NCBI GenBank assembly: GCA_020633675.1
Contig: JACKDE010000003.1
Coordinates: 459,633-523,632 of the forward strand
Source: Deferribacteres bacterium
GTDB lineage: Bacteria > Zhuqueibacterota > Zhuqueibacteria > Zhuqueibacterales > Geothermadaptataceae
DNA: 64,000 nucleotides
Direction of reading: 5' to 3'
Positions 28,096 to 37,722 of this stretch are shown here, piece by piece (the first letter of the stretch is position 1; every line of letters starts with the position of its first letter). Position numbers and translations under genes: made by a program. Under the pieces are notes generated by a model. That model ran no database searches and was not told the DNA's origin. It saw only the letters and a list, made by a program, of their open reading frames with translations.

Positions 28096-29997
28096 TCATT
28101 TCTGCTTGTCTATATGAAAAACCAAGCGAATAACCTGGCGCGAAAATGCCGGTTTGATAGCAACCACCTGTGGTTTTTCTAATACATCATAGCCGGTTTT
28201 CGCTACCGAAATCGTATACTGTCCCGGCGCTAAAACATAATCGGCCATTGGTGTGGTTTCACCGGTATTCCGGCCATTGATGACCACGCTGGCCCAAATC
28301 GGATTTTCGTTTTCAAGCAAAGATTGAACATTGAGATAGCTTTCAAAATAGCAGGTAAGATACTGCCGCTGTCCTGCCGTCAAAACCAGCGTGGTGTCAA
28401 TGGTGCCGAATTGAGGATGTTGAAATTGCACAGTGTAGGTGCCGGATTGCAGATTGTACGCCAGGGGTGTGCCGACCGATGCGGACGCTGAATGATCAAC
28501 GATGCGAACGCTGCCCGATGGGACGGCCTGCAAAGTAAGCGTAGCAGTAGGCGTAGCCACTGACCGAGATGACGTGCGAAGTTGTGCTTCGGTATTTCGC
28601 CTGTTTTGCTCTGCCGGTGGTTTTTGCTCAGTTAATTGGCCGATTGAAGCCGTTTTCTCGACCGGCAAGGGCTGAGCTGCAAGCATAAACGAGAAGCTCA
28701 CCCGTTGCCCCAATGGCGCTCGTACCGTGGAATCGATGCCGATGAAGCCGCTTTTTTTAATCTGCAGGTGCGGGCGTTCATTTTGCAATTGCAGATCCTG
28801 CAACGGTGTGACGCCGATCGAATCGCCGTCCAAAATAACAGTAGCGCCTGCGGGTTGCGAATCGATTGCCACAATCGCAGGAGCCGGCGACTCAGAGGCG
28901 CGAAAGAGCGATCTCCCGAAATCGCTCAGGCCAAGATAAGCTGCTATAGCGGCGATCATTACTACTCCGACAAAAGGCACTGCGGATCGTTTCTTTTTCG
29001 GGGCTGGCTGCACTGGAACCGCTGGCTGTGCCTGCTGTTGTTTTTGTGTTTGCCCCGATGGCTGAGCTGGAGCTGCGCCCTGCTTTTGAGCATCAAGCTC
29101 GCGGATCGGGGCTGGCATTGTCAGGGTGGCTGATGATTCTTCTTCATCATCAAAAAAATCTGCGACGATCACAGCGGCCGTTTCAGGCAATGGCTCCATG
29201 CGTTTCAAGTCCGCGATCAGCTCATCCATACTCTGGTAGCGTTCATCCGGATTTTTAAACAGGCATTTCATGACAATGCTGGCGAACTCTGGCGGCAGAT
29301 CCTTGCGCACCGCACTGATTCTTTCCGGTTCCTTGTAAACGATCGAGTAGATGCTCGCAGCTTCGTTATTTTTCTTAAACGGCGAGATGCCGGTCAACAT
29401 TTCATACATCACCACGCCCAGCGACCAAATATCGGTGCGCCGATCCAGAAACTGGCTTTGAGCCTGCTCTGGCGACATGTAGCTGACCGTGCCCATCACC
29501 GTGCCGGGTTTGGTCAGCGCCGCACCCTGCGACTTTGCCAGGCCGAAATCCAGCAACTTGGCGATGCCATCACTGGTGATCATAACATTGGCAGGCTTCA
29601 CGTCACGGTGAATAATATTTTGTGCATGGGCCTTCTGCAAACCCCGCGCAATTTGCAGTGTCAAATCCTGGGTTTGGCGCAAGGTGAGCGGGCCTGTGGA
29701 CAACATGCTTTTGAGCGTCACGCCGTCATAGTATGCCATCGCGATATACAGGTGGCCATCTTCGGTTTCCCCAATTTCATATACCGTGCAAATGTTGGGA
29801 TGATCAAGTGCGGATGCGGATTGCGCTTCGCGGATAAAGCGCTCTGTACCAGACTTGCTGACGTCCAGATCCTGCGGCAAGAATTTGAGCGCGGCAAAAC
29901 GATTTAACTTGGTGTCACGGGCTTTGTACACCACTCCCATGCCACCGCTGCCGAGTTTTTCGATAATCTCGTAATGAGCGACCGTTGTTCCAATCAT
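28096..29997 (-). CDS. Transmembrane Ser/Thr protein kinase with three extracytoplasmic PEGA-like domains
   Basis: Hanks kinase motifs GSGGMGVVYKA, HRDVKPANVM, DFGLAK and SPEQ. A Q/P-rich linker, then a TM (VPFVGVVMIAAIAAYLGL). PEGA-type repeats (e.g. IDSQPAGATVILDGDSIGVTPL and ASVVINGRNTGETTP). Confidence 0.9.
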   Translation of the reverse strand: MIGTTVAHYEIIEKLGSGGMGVVYKARDTKLNRFAALKFLPQDLDVSKSGTERFIREAQSASALDHPNICTVYEIGETEDGHLYIAMAYYDGVTLKSMLSTGPLTLRQTQDLTLQIARGLQKAHAQNIIHRDVKPANVMITSDGIAKLLDFGLAKSQGAALTKPGTVMGTVSYMSPEQAQSQFLDRRTDIWSLGVVMYEMLTGISPFKKNNEAASIYSIVYKEPERISAVRKDLPPEFASIVMKCLFKNPDERYQSMDELIADLKRMEPLPETAAVIVADFFDDEEESSATLTMPAPIRELDAQKQGAAPAQPSGQTQKQQQAQPAVPVQPAPKKKRSAVPFVGVVMIAAIAAYLGLSDFGRSLFRASESPAPAIVAIDSQPAGATVILDGDSIGVTPLQDLQLQNERPHLQIKKSGFIGIDSTVRAPLGQRVSFSFMLAAQPLPVEKTASIGQLTEQKPPAEQNRRNTEAQLRTSSRSVATPTATLTLQAVPSGSVRIVDHSASASVGTPLAYNLQSGTYTVQFQHPQFGTIDTTLVLTAGQRQYLTCYFESYLNVQSLLENENPIWASVVINGRNTGETTPMADYVLAPGQYTISVAKTGYDVLEKPQVVAIKPAFSRQVIRLVFHIDKQK

Positions 29998-30253
29998 AAC
30001 AATAATTTGCGGAAGTTGTTGCTAATTGTCAAGTGAATCCTTTGCCAGTGCATGTTTGCGGCTGGTGCCTTTTTCTTTGCCAAACTAACTGCAAAAGTGT
30101 ATCAATGTGTCACCGGTACGCATAAAAGCTATTGCACCGTTGTATTCAAGCGTTGCCATTTAACGCGATGCACCGTTCCCCCAAAAGATGCTTTTGCGAG
30201 ACAATCTTTCCCGCAAAAATTCAAATAATACAGAAAAATAACGCGGAGGTTCC

Positions 30254-31546
30254 ATGAATCGGCTCATCCTTTCTGCTTTTTGCGCTCTGGCTCTCGCTGC
30301 AACAGCAGCATTCGGCCAGCAAGAAAAGATCGACCAGCTTGTCAAAAAAATTGCGCCGGATATCATCAAAATGCGCGAACATATTCACCAAAATCCGGAG
30401 CTTGGAAATCGGGAATTCAAAACCGCTGAATTGGTGGCAAACCACCTGCGCAGCCTGGGCATGGAAGTCACGACCGGCGTTGCACACACCGGGGTGGTCG
30501 GTTTGCTTAAGGGCGGCAAGCCCGGTCCCGTGGTGGCCGTCCGCGCGGACATGGATGCCCTGCCTGTTACGGAAGAAACCGGCTACAGCTTCAAATCCAC
30601 AACCAAAACCCAATATCTCGGCAAAGAAGTGGGTGTGATGCACGCATGTGGACATGACATTCATACCTCGGTGCAACTCGGCGTTGCCTCGGTGCTTGCC
30701 GCCCTAAAAGACGAGTTGCCGGGCACGGTGAAATTTATTTTTCAGCCTGCCGAAGAAGGTCCACCACCCGATGAAGAAGGCGGCGCAGAACTGATGATGA
30801 AAGAAAAAGTGCTCGAGAACCCGCGTCCGAGCGCAATCTTCGGACTGCATACATTGGCCAGCATGGAAGTCGGCAAGGTCGGCTACACTTCCGGCCCGGC
30901 AATGGCTGCCGTCGATCATTTCAAGATTGATCTGCATGGCAAGCAGGCACACGGCGCCAAACCGGAAGAATCGATCGATCCGATTGTGATGGCATCGCAA
31001 GTGGTGATGGCTTTCCAAACCATTCGGGCGCGCTCATTGCCGCCGCTTGCCCCGAGTGTGGTGACGGTCGGCATCATCCAGGCGGGTGAGCGTTTCAACA
31101 TTATCCCGGCATCTGCGCACATAGAAGGCACTGTTCGCACTTATGATGCCGAAGTGCGCAATACCGTCGAGCAGCGTATGCATGCTATTCTAAAAGGCAT
31201 CACCGGTGCGTACGGCGGCTCGTATGAAATGCAGTACGATCGCGGCGCTCCGGCAACCATAAACAATCCGGAATTGACAGCGCAAATGATACCATCGATT
31301 GTGAGCGTGCTCGGTGAGGAAAATGTGGAAATAATATCGCCAACCATGACTGGCGAGGATTTCGCTTACTTTGCTCTGGATGTGCCGGGTTTATACTATC
31401 GTCTGGGCATGGTTAAGCCAGGCACAGTATCTGGCGGTCATCACACGCCGACTTTCGCGGCAGATAATGAGGCTGTATCTGTTGGTATGCGGGTGATGTC
31501 TCGCCTGTTGGTGGATTATCTCGAAATGCAAAAGAATGCACAATGA
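30254..31546 (+). CDS. M20-family amidohydrolase (N-acyl-amino acid amidohydrolase / hippurate hydrolase-like), secreted
   Basis: Signal peptide. IHQNPELGNREFKTAELV and MHACGHDIH metal-binding motifs. Confidence 0.85.
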   Translation: MNRLILSAFCALALAATAAFGQQEKIDQLVKKIAPDIIKMREHIHQNPELGNREFKTAELVANHLRSLGMEVTTGVAHTGVVGLLKGGKPGPVVAVRADMDALPVTEETGYSFKSTTKTQYLGKEVGVMHACGHDIHTSVQLGVASVLAALKDELPGTVKFIFQPAEEGPPPDEEGGAELMMKEKVLENPRPSAIFGLHTLASMEVGKVGYTSGPAMAAVDHFKIDLHGKQAHGAKPEESIDPIVMASQVVMAFQTIRARSLPPLAPSVVTVGIIQAGERFNIIPASAHIEGTVRTYDAEVRNTVEQRMHAILKGITGAYGGSYEMQYDRGAPATINNPELTAQMIPSIVSVLGEENVEIISPTMTGEDFAYFALDVPGLYYRLGMVKPGTVSGGHHTPTFAADNEAVSVGMRVMSRLLVDYLEMQKNAQ

Positions 31547-31566
31547 GGTAATGAAACAGAGGGAGT

Positions 31567-32100
31567 ATGAAACTACAATTTGACAAATACTGTGTTCGCA
31601 GTTGGGAAGAAGATGACGCGCCTGCATTGGCAAAATACGCCAACAACCGCAAAATCTGGCTCAATCTGCGCGACGCCTTCCCCCATCCATACGACCTCCA
31701 GAATGCCCGGCAATTCATAGAAGGTGTTCAGGAGATGCAGCCTGAGACCATCTTTGCCATTGCCACGGAAACAGAAGCAATTGGCAGCATCGGCTTTCAG
31801 CTCGGGCAGGATGTGCACAGACACAGCGCTGAGTTGGGCTACTGGCTGGCAGAGCCGTTTTGGGGACGAGGCATTGTCTCTGAGGCCATTCTTGCTCTGA
31901 CGGATTTCGCCTTTCAACATTTCAACCTGGCACGCATTTATGCCGAGCCCTATGCATCAAATGTGGCTTCTGTGCGTGTGCTTGAAAAAGCGGGTTTCCA
32001 ATGCGAAGGACGGTTGGTTCGCAACGCGCTCAAAAACGGTGAGTTGCAGGATCAGTTCATGTTTGCCAAAGTCAATTCCGGCTTCAGGATAAAGCGTTGA
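31567..32100 (+). CDS. GNAT-family N-acetyltransferase (RimJ/RimL-like)
   Basis: 177 aa. ELGYWLAEPFWGRGI and a VRVLEKAGF block, typical of the acetyltransferase fold. Confidence 0.8.
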   Translation: MKLQFDKYCVRSWEEDDAPALAKYANNRKIWLNLRDAFPHPYDLQNARQFIEGVQEMQPETIFAIATETEAIGSIGFQLGQDVHRHSAELGYWLAEPFWGRGIVSEAILALTDFAFQHFNLARIYAEPYASNVASVRVLEKAGFQCEGRLVRNALKNGELQDQFMFAKVNSGFRIKR

Positions 32101-32124
32101 GATGTGCAGAAATCCAACAAAAAA

Positions 32125-32147
32125 CCCGGCAACGTGTTGCTGCCGGG
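32125..32147 (-). terminator. Rho-independent terminator for lipoprotein gene 32180..32806
   Basis: CCCGGCA / TGCCGGG 7-bp GC-rich stem with a 9-nt loop. On the minus strand it is followed by TTTTTTGTTGG, and it lies 32 nt after the stop. It also sits 24 nt after the convergent GNAT gene. Confidence 0.65.
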
Positions 32148-32179
32148 CCTGGAGGAGGAGTTATTGAACGAGAAAAATG

Positions 32180-32806
32180 TTACCGGCGCACATAACTGGC
32201 ACGCAAATCCCGCGTAACTTTAAATATGAGCACATCAACCAATTCGCCGTAGGCTTTGTCCGGATTTTTGGCATAAAGGAAAAATGGACGGCCCGCGCCT
32301 GCAGATAGAAAGCCAACGTTTTTTCGGTCGCGCGCGACAGCAGTCCAACGCGTCGTCCCACGCTCTACATCGATCAGCCTTGCCTTGATTTTGGCATCAA
32401 CCTCCGCACGCACAGACACATCCCGCAGCAAATGTAACACATGCACATGTGGCTTGATGTTCGAAATATCGAGGGTGCCAACGATTATCGCATCCAGGCC
32501 ATATTCGCGTCCCAGCTCCCTAATGGCGTCCCGATCAAGTGTATTATAACCGACTTTTGCTAAAACACTGTCTACCGGGCCGAGTTCGAGAATATCTGCA
32601 CCGGGTTGGGCGAAACTGATTTCTTCCAGAAAACGATCATTCAAATACGCATCAAAATTCCCTTCCGTCCTTGATTCGAAATTGATGAAGCCGATTGTTT
32701 GATAAGCACGCAAATCGAGTCGCGGCGGGACCTGCACTTTGGGACCGCATGCTGCCAGCAAAGCAGCCGTCAACAAAAGACTCAAAGTCATTTTTTGGGT
32801 TTTCAT
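32180..32806 (-). CDS. Hypothetical lipoprotein
   Basis: Lipobox LLAAC. 208 aa. No confident family assignment. Confidence 0.5.
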   Translation of the reverse strand: MKTQKMTLSLLLTAALLAACGPKVQVPPRLDLRAYQTIGFINFESRTEGNFDAYLNDRFLEEISFAQPGADILELGPVDSVLAKVGYNTLDRDAIRELGREYGLDAIIVGTLDISNIKPHVHVLHLLRDVSVRAEVDAKIKARLIDVERGTTRWTAVARDRKNVGFLSAGAGRPFFLYAKNPDKAYGELVDVLIFKVTRDLRASYVRR

Positions 32807-33008
32807 AAGTCGCCTCCTCGTGGCATCAATCCATTATACTCTTTAGACAGGTCGCTTGTGCCGCGTTAAGTGCAACGGCCATGCCAATAGTGGATGGGGG
32901 AGTTTTTAGGAACCATATGCGAGGAAGGCGTAGTGGAATGACACAGCCAACAAAACAAAGTTATCAACTAATAAAAAATGGCTTGTTCAAAACAAAACGA
33001 GCATGAAA

Positions 33009-34445
33009 TTATAACCTGGCTGGTTCCAGGTTTCGGAGCGGCTGTTCAGGAATTTGGGCAACGATGTTTTTTTTGCGGCCATCCAGGCGGACGAGTATCT
33101 CAGGCAAAATCCGTTCTTCGAAATCGGCTAAAGTATCTTCGACCGTGCTGCTGGTATCAAGCACGTAGAATCCGTATTCCCGCGCAATTTCGGCATAAAC
33201 CCGACGCGATTGCTGCAACTGCTTTTCGGTCAATTGTGGCTTACGTGCATAAATCACTTCCGGTGAGGCATCAAGCACGATCCCAACGTCCGGTTTTGGG
33301 TAGAACGAGCACAGGCGCTGGCGCAACTTGACATGATAGTCTATCGGCTTATTTTTATAGCCGGTCAAAATATCATAAAAATAGCGATCGCTGAGCACCA
33401 ACCTGCCCTGCCGAAGCAATGGGAGCACCAACACCAGCCAGCGTGTCGCCATCTCGAACAACAAAAGCGCATAGTACAGGACGCTGCGCGTTTGAAATCG
33501 CACGTTTTGCATGCCTTTCAGCGGCCCCGGCTTTTTTGCAATGCGCCCCTTGTCAAACGCCTTGTAGTCGTCCCGATAGGGTTTTAAATGCAGCAATGAA
33601 ATAATCGTCTGCAGATTCAAAATACTGCCGCCCCATGGACCGAGATAGGCCATTTTGTTGCTGACGCCGATATCTTTCAGGCGATCTCGAATGGCATCGA
33701 TGGTCGTGCTTTTTCCTGCTCCGTCAGGTCCGAGAAAGGTCACAATGATGCCGCGTTTTTTGCCAAAAAATTTCACTTTTTTTTCGCGCGCGGCAATCTG
33801 CCATACCCGCCAACGATTCGCAAATTTGCGACGGATCAGCTTTTTTTGTGTCCGCTTGGCAATTTCCCGAACCAGTGCAGGCTGCTTGTACATCTGCTCA
33901 AACTGTCCCGTCAATTCTTCAAAAATCTTTTGCAGCCCAAAGGGCTTGAGGTGGGCATGCAGCACTTGCTGGTTTTTGGCATACATCATCAGATCAAACA
34001 ATAACGATGCATGTTTTTGCTGAATTCGCTTTTTGGCAAGCACATTATGAAAGAGCAAGCTGATGAGGAACTCTTCCGGGGCCAGGCGATAAAAGCCGCC
34101 CACACGCTGACGGTTGGCGAGTGCCTTTTTGCTATCGAGGAAAACCAGCCCACGAAAAATGACTTCCGTGTGCACATCTAAAATGAGCGGCGTGCCTTCT
34201 TCCATTTTCAAATACACACGTTTACACGGATTTAGATAGCCATCCTTGATCAAATAAAAGCCGTGGCTTGCAGCGAACGAGTCGAACGCGGCCATTTGCT
34301 TTCGAGAAACCAGTATATCGAGGTCACGTATTGGCTTATCGGTTCGCATATCATCACGAAGGAGAGCGTACTGCACATCAGCTTCGTGCAGATCAGCCAG
34401 CAAGTTCCGGTAAGTCGTATTCGGGTGCTGAATCATCTTTTCCAC
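33009..34445 (-). CDS. Two-domain protein: N-terminal nucleotidyltransferase-like region plus a C-terminal thymidylate-kinase-like P-loop domain
   Basis: Walker A FLGPDGAGKST and a downstream LSDRYFYD (DRY-type motif of dTMP-kinase-like folds). The N-terminal ~230 aa (YALLRDD...DLDILV) resemble uncharacterised nucleotidyltransferases. Last gene of the EPS strand run. Confidence 0.5.
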   Translation of the reverse strand: MEKMIQHPNTTYRNLLADLHEADVQYALLRDDMRTDKPIRDLDILVSRKQMAAFDSFAASHGFYLIKDGYLNPCKRVYLKMEEGTPLILDVHTEVIFRGLVFLDSKKALANRQRVGGFYRLAPEEFLISLLFHNVLAKKRIQQKHASLLFDLMMYAKNQQVLHAHLKPFGLQKIFEELTGQFEQMYKQPALVREIAKRTQKKLIRRKFANRWRVWQIAAREKKVKFFGKKRGIIVTFLGPDGAGKSTTIDAIRDRLKDIGVSNKMAYLGPWGGSILNLQTIISLLHLKPYRDDYKAFDKGRIAKKPGPLKGMQNVRFQTRSVLYYALLLFEMATRWLVLVLPLLRQGRLVLSDRYFYDILTGYKNKPIDYHVKLRQRLCSFYPKPDVGIVLDASPEVIYARKPQLTEKQLQQSRRVYAEIAREYGFYVLDTSSTVEDTLADFEERILPEILVRLDGRKKNIVAQIPEQPLRNLEPARL

Positions 34446-34447
34446 TG

Positions 34448-36253
34448 TTACTTGATCAAACCTTCAAAAATCTTCAAGGGCTCAAAAAAATTGCGTTTAA
34501 CAAACGATTTATCCATGTACTTGAGAGTATCAAGATGGCCTTGTATTCTGCAAATCCAGTACATCATCACGAATGCGTGGCAATCTTCCATCTCCAGCTC
34601 AAAACTATCCTGATACATTTGCAGAATGCTGGCAAAGAGGGTATCCTGGTTGCGCTTTTCCAGTGCGTGCACCAACTGGGCAATAATCGAACGGCTTCCC
34701 ACGCCGATCTGGGCCCGCACAAAATAGTGAAATGCATCGAGCACGGGAAAAGCCATGCGTTGTGCCATATCCCAATCGATAACGCCTTGCAAAGTGTATG
34801 TTTTTTCATCGAGAATGATATTTTTGCTGGAAAAATCGCCATGAATCATCGATAGCGTAAATTCTCGATTCGCAAAGCGCTCGCGCAAATATTCCGTTAA
34901 GCGAGAGCACGCCTTTAAATGTGTTTCTTCAGCACGATAAAAGGCAAAAATGCGCTTTAAAGGCGCAGTCACATGCACATCAAACGTCGCAGGATCGAAA
35001 AAGTAGCGCTTTGCAAAAGTTTGTTGAATGCCGAGCCAAAAGGCAAAAACCTGATGCGTGAAATGCTCGTATTCAGGCTTTTTCATTTTGACGACATCGC
35101 CAGATTTGCCGTGCAGCCAATCTTCTGCATAAAAAGGCTGTCCTTCAAATTGCCGTGCGACAAATGGTTTTGGAAAAAACTGCCGGCGATTGTCGCCCAA
35201 TTCAGTCGAATTGGCGAAATGCTCCAGGAAGTCATGATTCTTTTTGACCTTTTTCTCGGCATTCGCATTGAGTGGTAACTTGATGATCGCTCGCGGTGCG
35301 TCGGCAGACTGGTGGTATTTTAGGAACAGCAGCACCTTGCCACCGGGGGATATGAAATAGCGTTCTATTCGCCCTTTGCCGGTATGAATTTCATGCAGTT
35401 GCTCGAGAAAACGGTCCAAATAGTTTTGCTGCGGCTGCTTGGCGCTGGCCCCGATCACAACATCCTCGACCATTAAGCGCTGAAAGGCGGGCGCACTGCT
35501 TGAGGTAACTTGCCCATTGCTGCCTTGCTTGAGCTTGTTGACGGTGCGCGCATCGATGATTGTCGGTGCGAGACCTATTTTTTCGAACGGCGTGCAATCC
35601 ATATCCTGCAAAAAGGCCAACGCTTGCTGCGTCAAAATTGGCCGCGTATAGCCGAATTGAAAGCGAATGCCGTGCGTGTTGTTGCGCTGCTTTTTGGTGC
35701 TTTTTCCGCGCGATTTTTTCCATACCCGCCGGATGGCTTGCTTGGCATATCCAAGGCTGAGTTGATTGCTGGCAATGATCCAGAATTCGGTGTGCGGATG
35801 CAGCAACCGATTAATTTCAGCCTTTTTCAAATAAAGAATTGAATCTGCCGGCTGCGTCGCTGCTGACACAATCAGATCAAACTTGGTGGCAAGATCCGTC
35901 ATATCCTGAATGCAGCTATAATTGGTAATGCCGCGCTTGACCGCCAAATCTTGAAAAAGCTCAATCTCATCCGGCAGCATACCGTGCACAATCACAAACG
36001 CATTGTTGCGCGCCAGCGATAACGGCAAAGTAGTGAAGCCATCGACCAGTACCAGCACTTGCTTTTCTTTCCCCAAAGCCATGAAATATTTCCATGCCGA
36101 GGTCAGTTCGTAGTGCACATCGCGCAATATTCGTTTGATGATGCTGGCAGGCAGCACCTTGCTGAGTTCAGCAATGCGTTCAATTATGGCAGCCGGCTGT
36201 GCAACCGCCTCATCGCTGAATTCGGGATCTATTTTGGGAGCCAAATCGTGCAT
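34448..36253 (-). CDS. Aminoglycoside/choline-kinase-type phosphotransferase (APH fold) with an N-terminal Rossmann-like domain
   Basis: The C-terminal half has the Brenner/APH catalytic motif MIHGDFSSKNIIL and the downstream GVIDWDMA. The N-terminal ~200 aa look like a degenerate methyltransferase-type Rossmann fold (VLVLVDGF...DLIVSA). Confidence 0.6.
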   Translation of the reverse strand: MHDLAPKIDPEFSDEAVAQPAAIIERIAELSKVLPASIIKRILRDVHYELTSAWKYFMALGKEKQVLVLVDGFTTLPLSLARNNAFVIVHGMLPDEIELFQDLAVKRGITNYSCIQDMTDLATKFDLIVSAATQPADSILYLKKAEINRLLHPHTEFWIIASNQLSLGYAKQAIRRVWKKSRGKSTKKQRNNTHGIRFQFGYTRPILTQQALAFLQDMDCTPFEKIGLAPTIIDARTVNKLKQGSNGQVTSSSAPAFQRLMVEDVVIGASAKQPQQNYLDRFLEQLHEIHTGKGRIERYFISPGGKVLLFLKYHQSADAPRAIIKLPLNANAEKKVKKNHDFLEHFANSTELGDNRRQFFPKPFVARQFEGQPFYAEDWLHGKSGDVVKMKKPEYEHFTHQVFAFWLGIQQTFAKRYFFDPATFDVHVTAPLKRIFAFYRAEETHLKACSRLTEYLRERFANREFTLSMIHGDFSSKNIILDEKTYTLQGVIDWDMAQRMAFPVLDAFHYFVRAQIGVGSRSIIAQLVHALEKRNQDTLFASILQMYQDSFELEMEDCHAFVMMYWICRIQGHLDTLKYMDKSFVKRNFFEPLKIFEGLIK

Positions 36254-36258
36254 GCGTT

Positions 36259-37617
36259 TCAGGAAACCAAATAATCGTACAACTGCTCGACTAAAACTTT
36301 GCCATTGAAACGGGTCAAAACCTGTTCATCAATCGACCAGCTTTTTGCCTCGTTGGATTCAAAAAAGCGGTGAATTTCGGTAAGCTTATCAGCTATTTCT
36401 TCATTGCGGTCAAATTGCGCCCACCACCCAAGCTTGTTGTCCAGCACGATATCAGCAGTCGCACCAGCCGCGCTGACTGCCAAAATCGGTTTTTGGGTAG
36501 CAATATACTCAAAAATCTTGGCAGGGATTTGTACTGGCGTAACCGGCTGTACAATCAGCATGACGTCCGCGTACATAATTTCCTGCAAACAAGCGCGGTG
36601 CGGTATCGGCGCAATCACTTCAACGCTGTTTTGCAAGTCATTTTCCTGCAGAAATCGTTCGACCTCCGCGGCAAATTCACCCAAGCCACCAATCAATTTA
36701 ACCTTAAAACGATCACGAGGGACATTGCCGCTCCGAATCGCGTCGCGCAAACCTGCAAGAAAGGACATCGGCGAGCGTTCGCGGTAAAATGTGCCGGTAT
36801 GGCAAATCACGATTTGCTTGTCGCTGCGACCGTTTTTCGCTGCCAAGCCTTCAAAATCCGCCGGATCAAAACCATTGGTGATCGCAAGCGATTTTTGATC
36901 AATCTTCGCGCCGTAATGTTTGCGAAAATCTGCCAGCAACTCAGGCGTATTCATAATCAATGTGTCTGCCTGGCTCACTGTGCGTTTCTCAAACTCGACG
37001 ATTTTCCGTCGTTTAAATGGGGTCATCTCCGGATTGAACCAGCGTTTTTGTGCCCATGGATCACGAAAATCGGCAATCCAGTTCACGCCGGTGCGATTCT
37101 TCAGATGCGAGCAGACAACGTGCGAGGTGCCGGGTGGACTGCTTGAAAAAACATTCTGAATGCCGTTTTCCCGGATGATTTTTTCACCGGCCTTGATTGC
37201 CGGATAAATCCACATCGCATAGTTGTCCGGGGTATGCATATTGTACGTAAGTGTGTCTTTGAGCTTTTGAAGAGTCGACTTTTCTTTTGTGCGGTTGCCG
37301 CCGGAATTCGCCGTGGCAGTTGAACTGCCATTCGTCTGAGATGGCGGAGATGGCTTGCTGCGATTTTTCAATGCGAGCATTTTTTTGAAAAGTTGCAGGG
37401 CCGGCACACGATAAATGTTGACAGAATCGGGCACTTTGGCGAGCAATTCATGATCGTATTTGTAGCTTTTGGGCAGCGTCGTTTCATCGACAGTCAGCAC
37501 CGAAATATCCACGCCCATTTCGTTCAAATAGCGTGAAATCCGGATGATTCGATGAATGCCGCTGGAGGTTACCGGCGGAAATACCGCGCTAACAATCAGT
37601 AGTTTTTTATTTGCCAT
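36259..37617 (-). CDS. Glycosyltransferase, GT4 (group 1) family
   Basis: GT-B layout with N-terminal KLLIVSAVFPPVTSSGIHR and a C-terminal sugar-nucleotide-binding half with an E-containing motif (PAKIFEYIATQKPIL). Confidence 0.75.
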   Translation of the reverse strand: MANKKLLIVSAVFPPVTSSGIHRIIRISRYLNEMGVDISVLTVDETTLPKSYKYDHELLAKVPDSVNIYRVPALQLFKKMLALKNRSKPSPPSQTNGSSTATANSGGNRTKEKSTLQKLKDTLTYNMHTPDNYAMWIYPAIKAGEKIIRENGIQNVFSSSPPGTSHVVCSHLKNRTGVNWIADFRDPWAQKRWFNPEMTPFKRRKIVEFEKRTVSQADTLIMNTPELLADFRKHYGAKIDQKSLAITNGFDPADFEGLAAKNGRSDKQIVICHTGTFYRERSPMSFLAGLRDAIRSGNVPRDRFKVKLIGGLGEFAAEVERFLQENDLQNSVEVIAPIPHRACLQEIMYADVMLIVQPVTPVQIPAKIFEYIATQKPILAVSAAGATADIVLDNKLGWWAQFDRNEEIADKLTEIHRFFESNEAKSWSIDEQVLTRFNGKVLVEQLYDYLVS

Positions 37618-37722
37618 ATCGTTCGAGTATTCATTTCGTAATTGGGCCTTGGCAACGAGCCGGAAGCCTGTGTCTTCAGATTAATGTTCAAACGTCGCAC
37701 TATCAAACTGCACGCGACAAAC

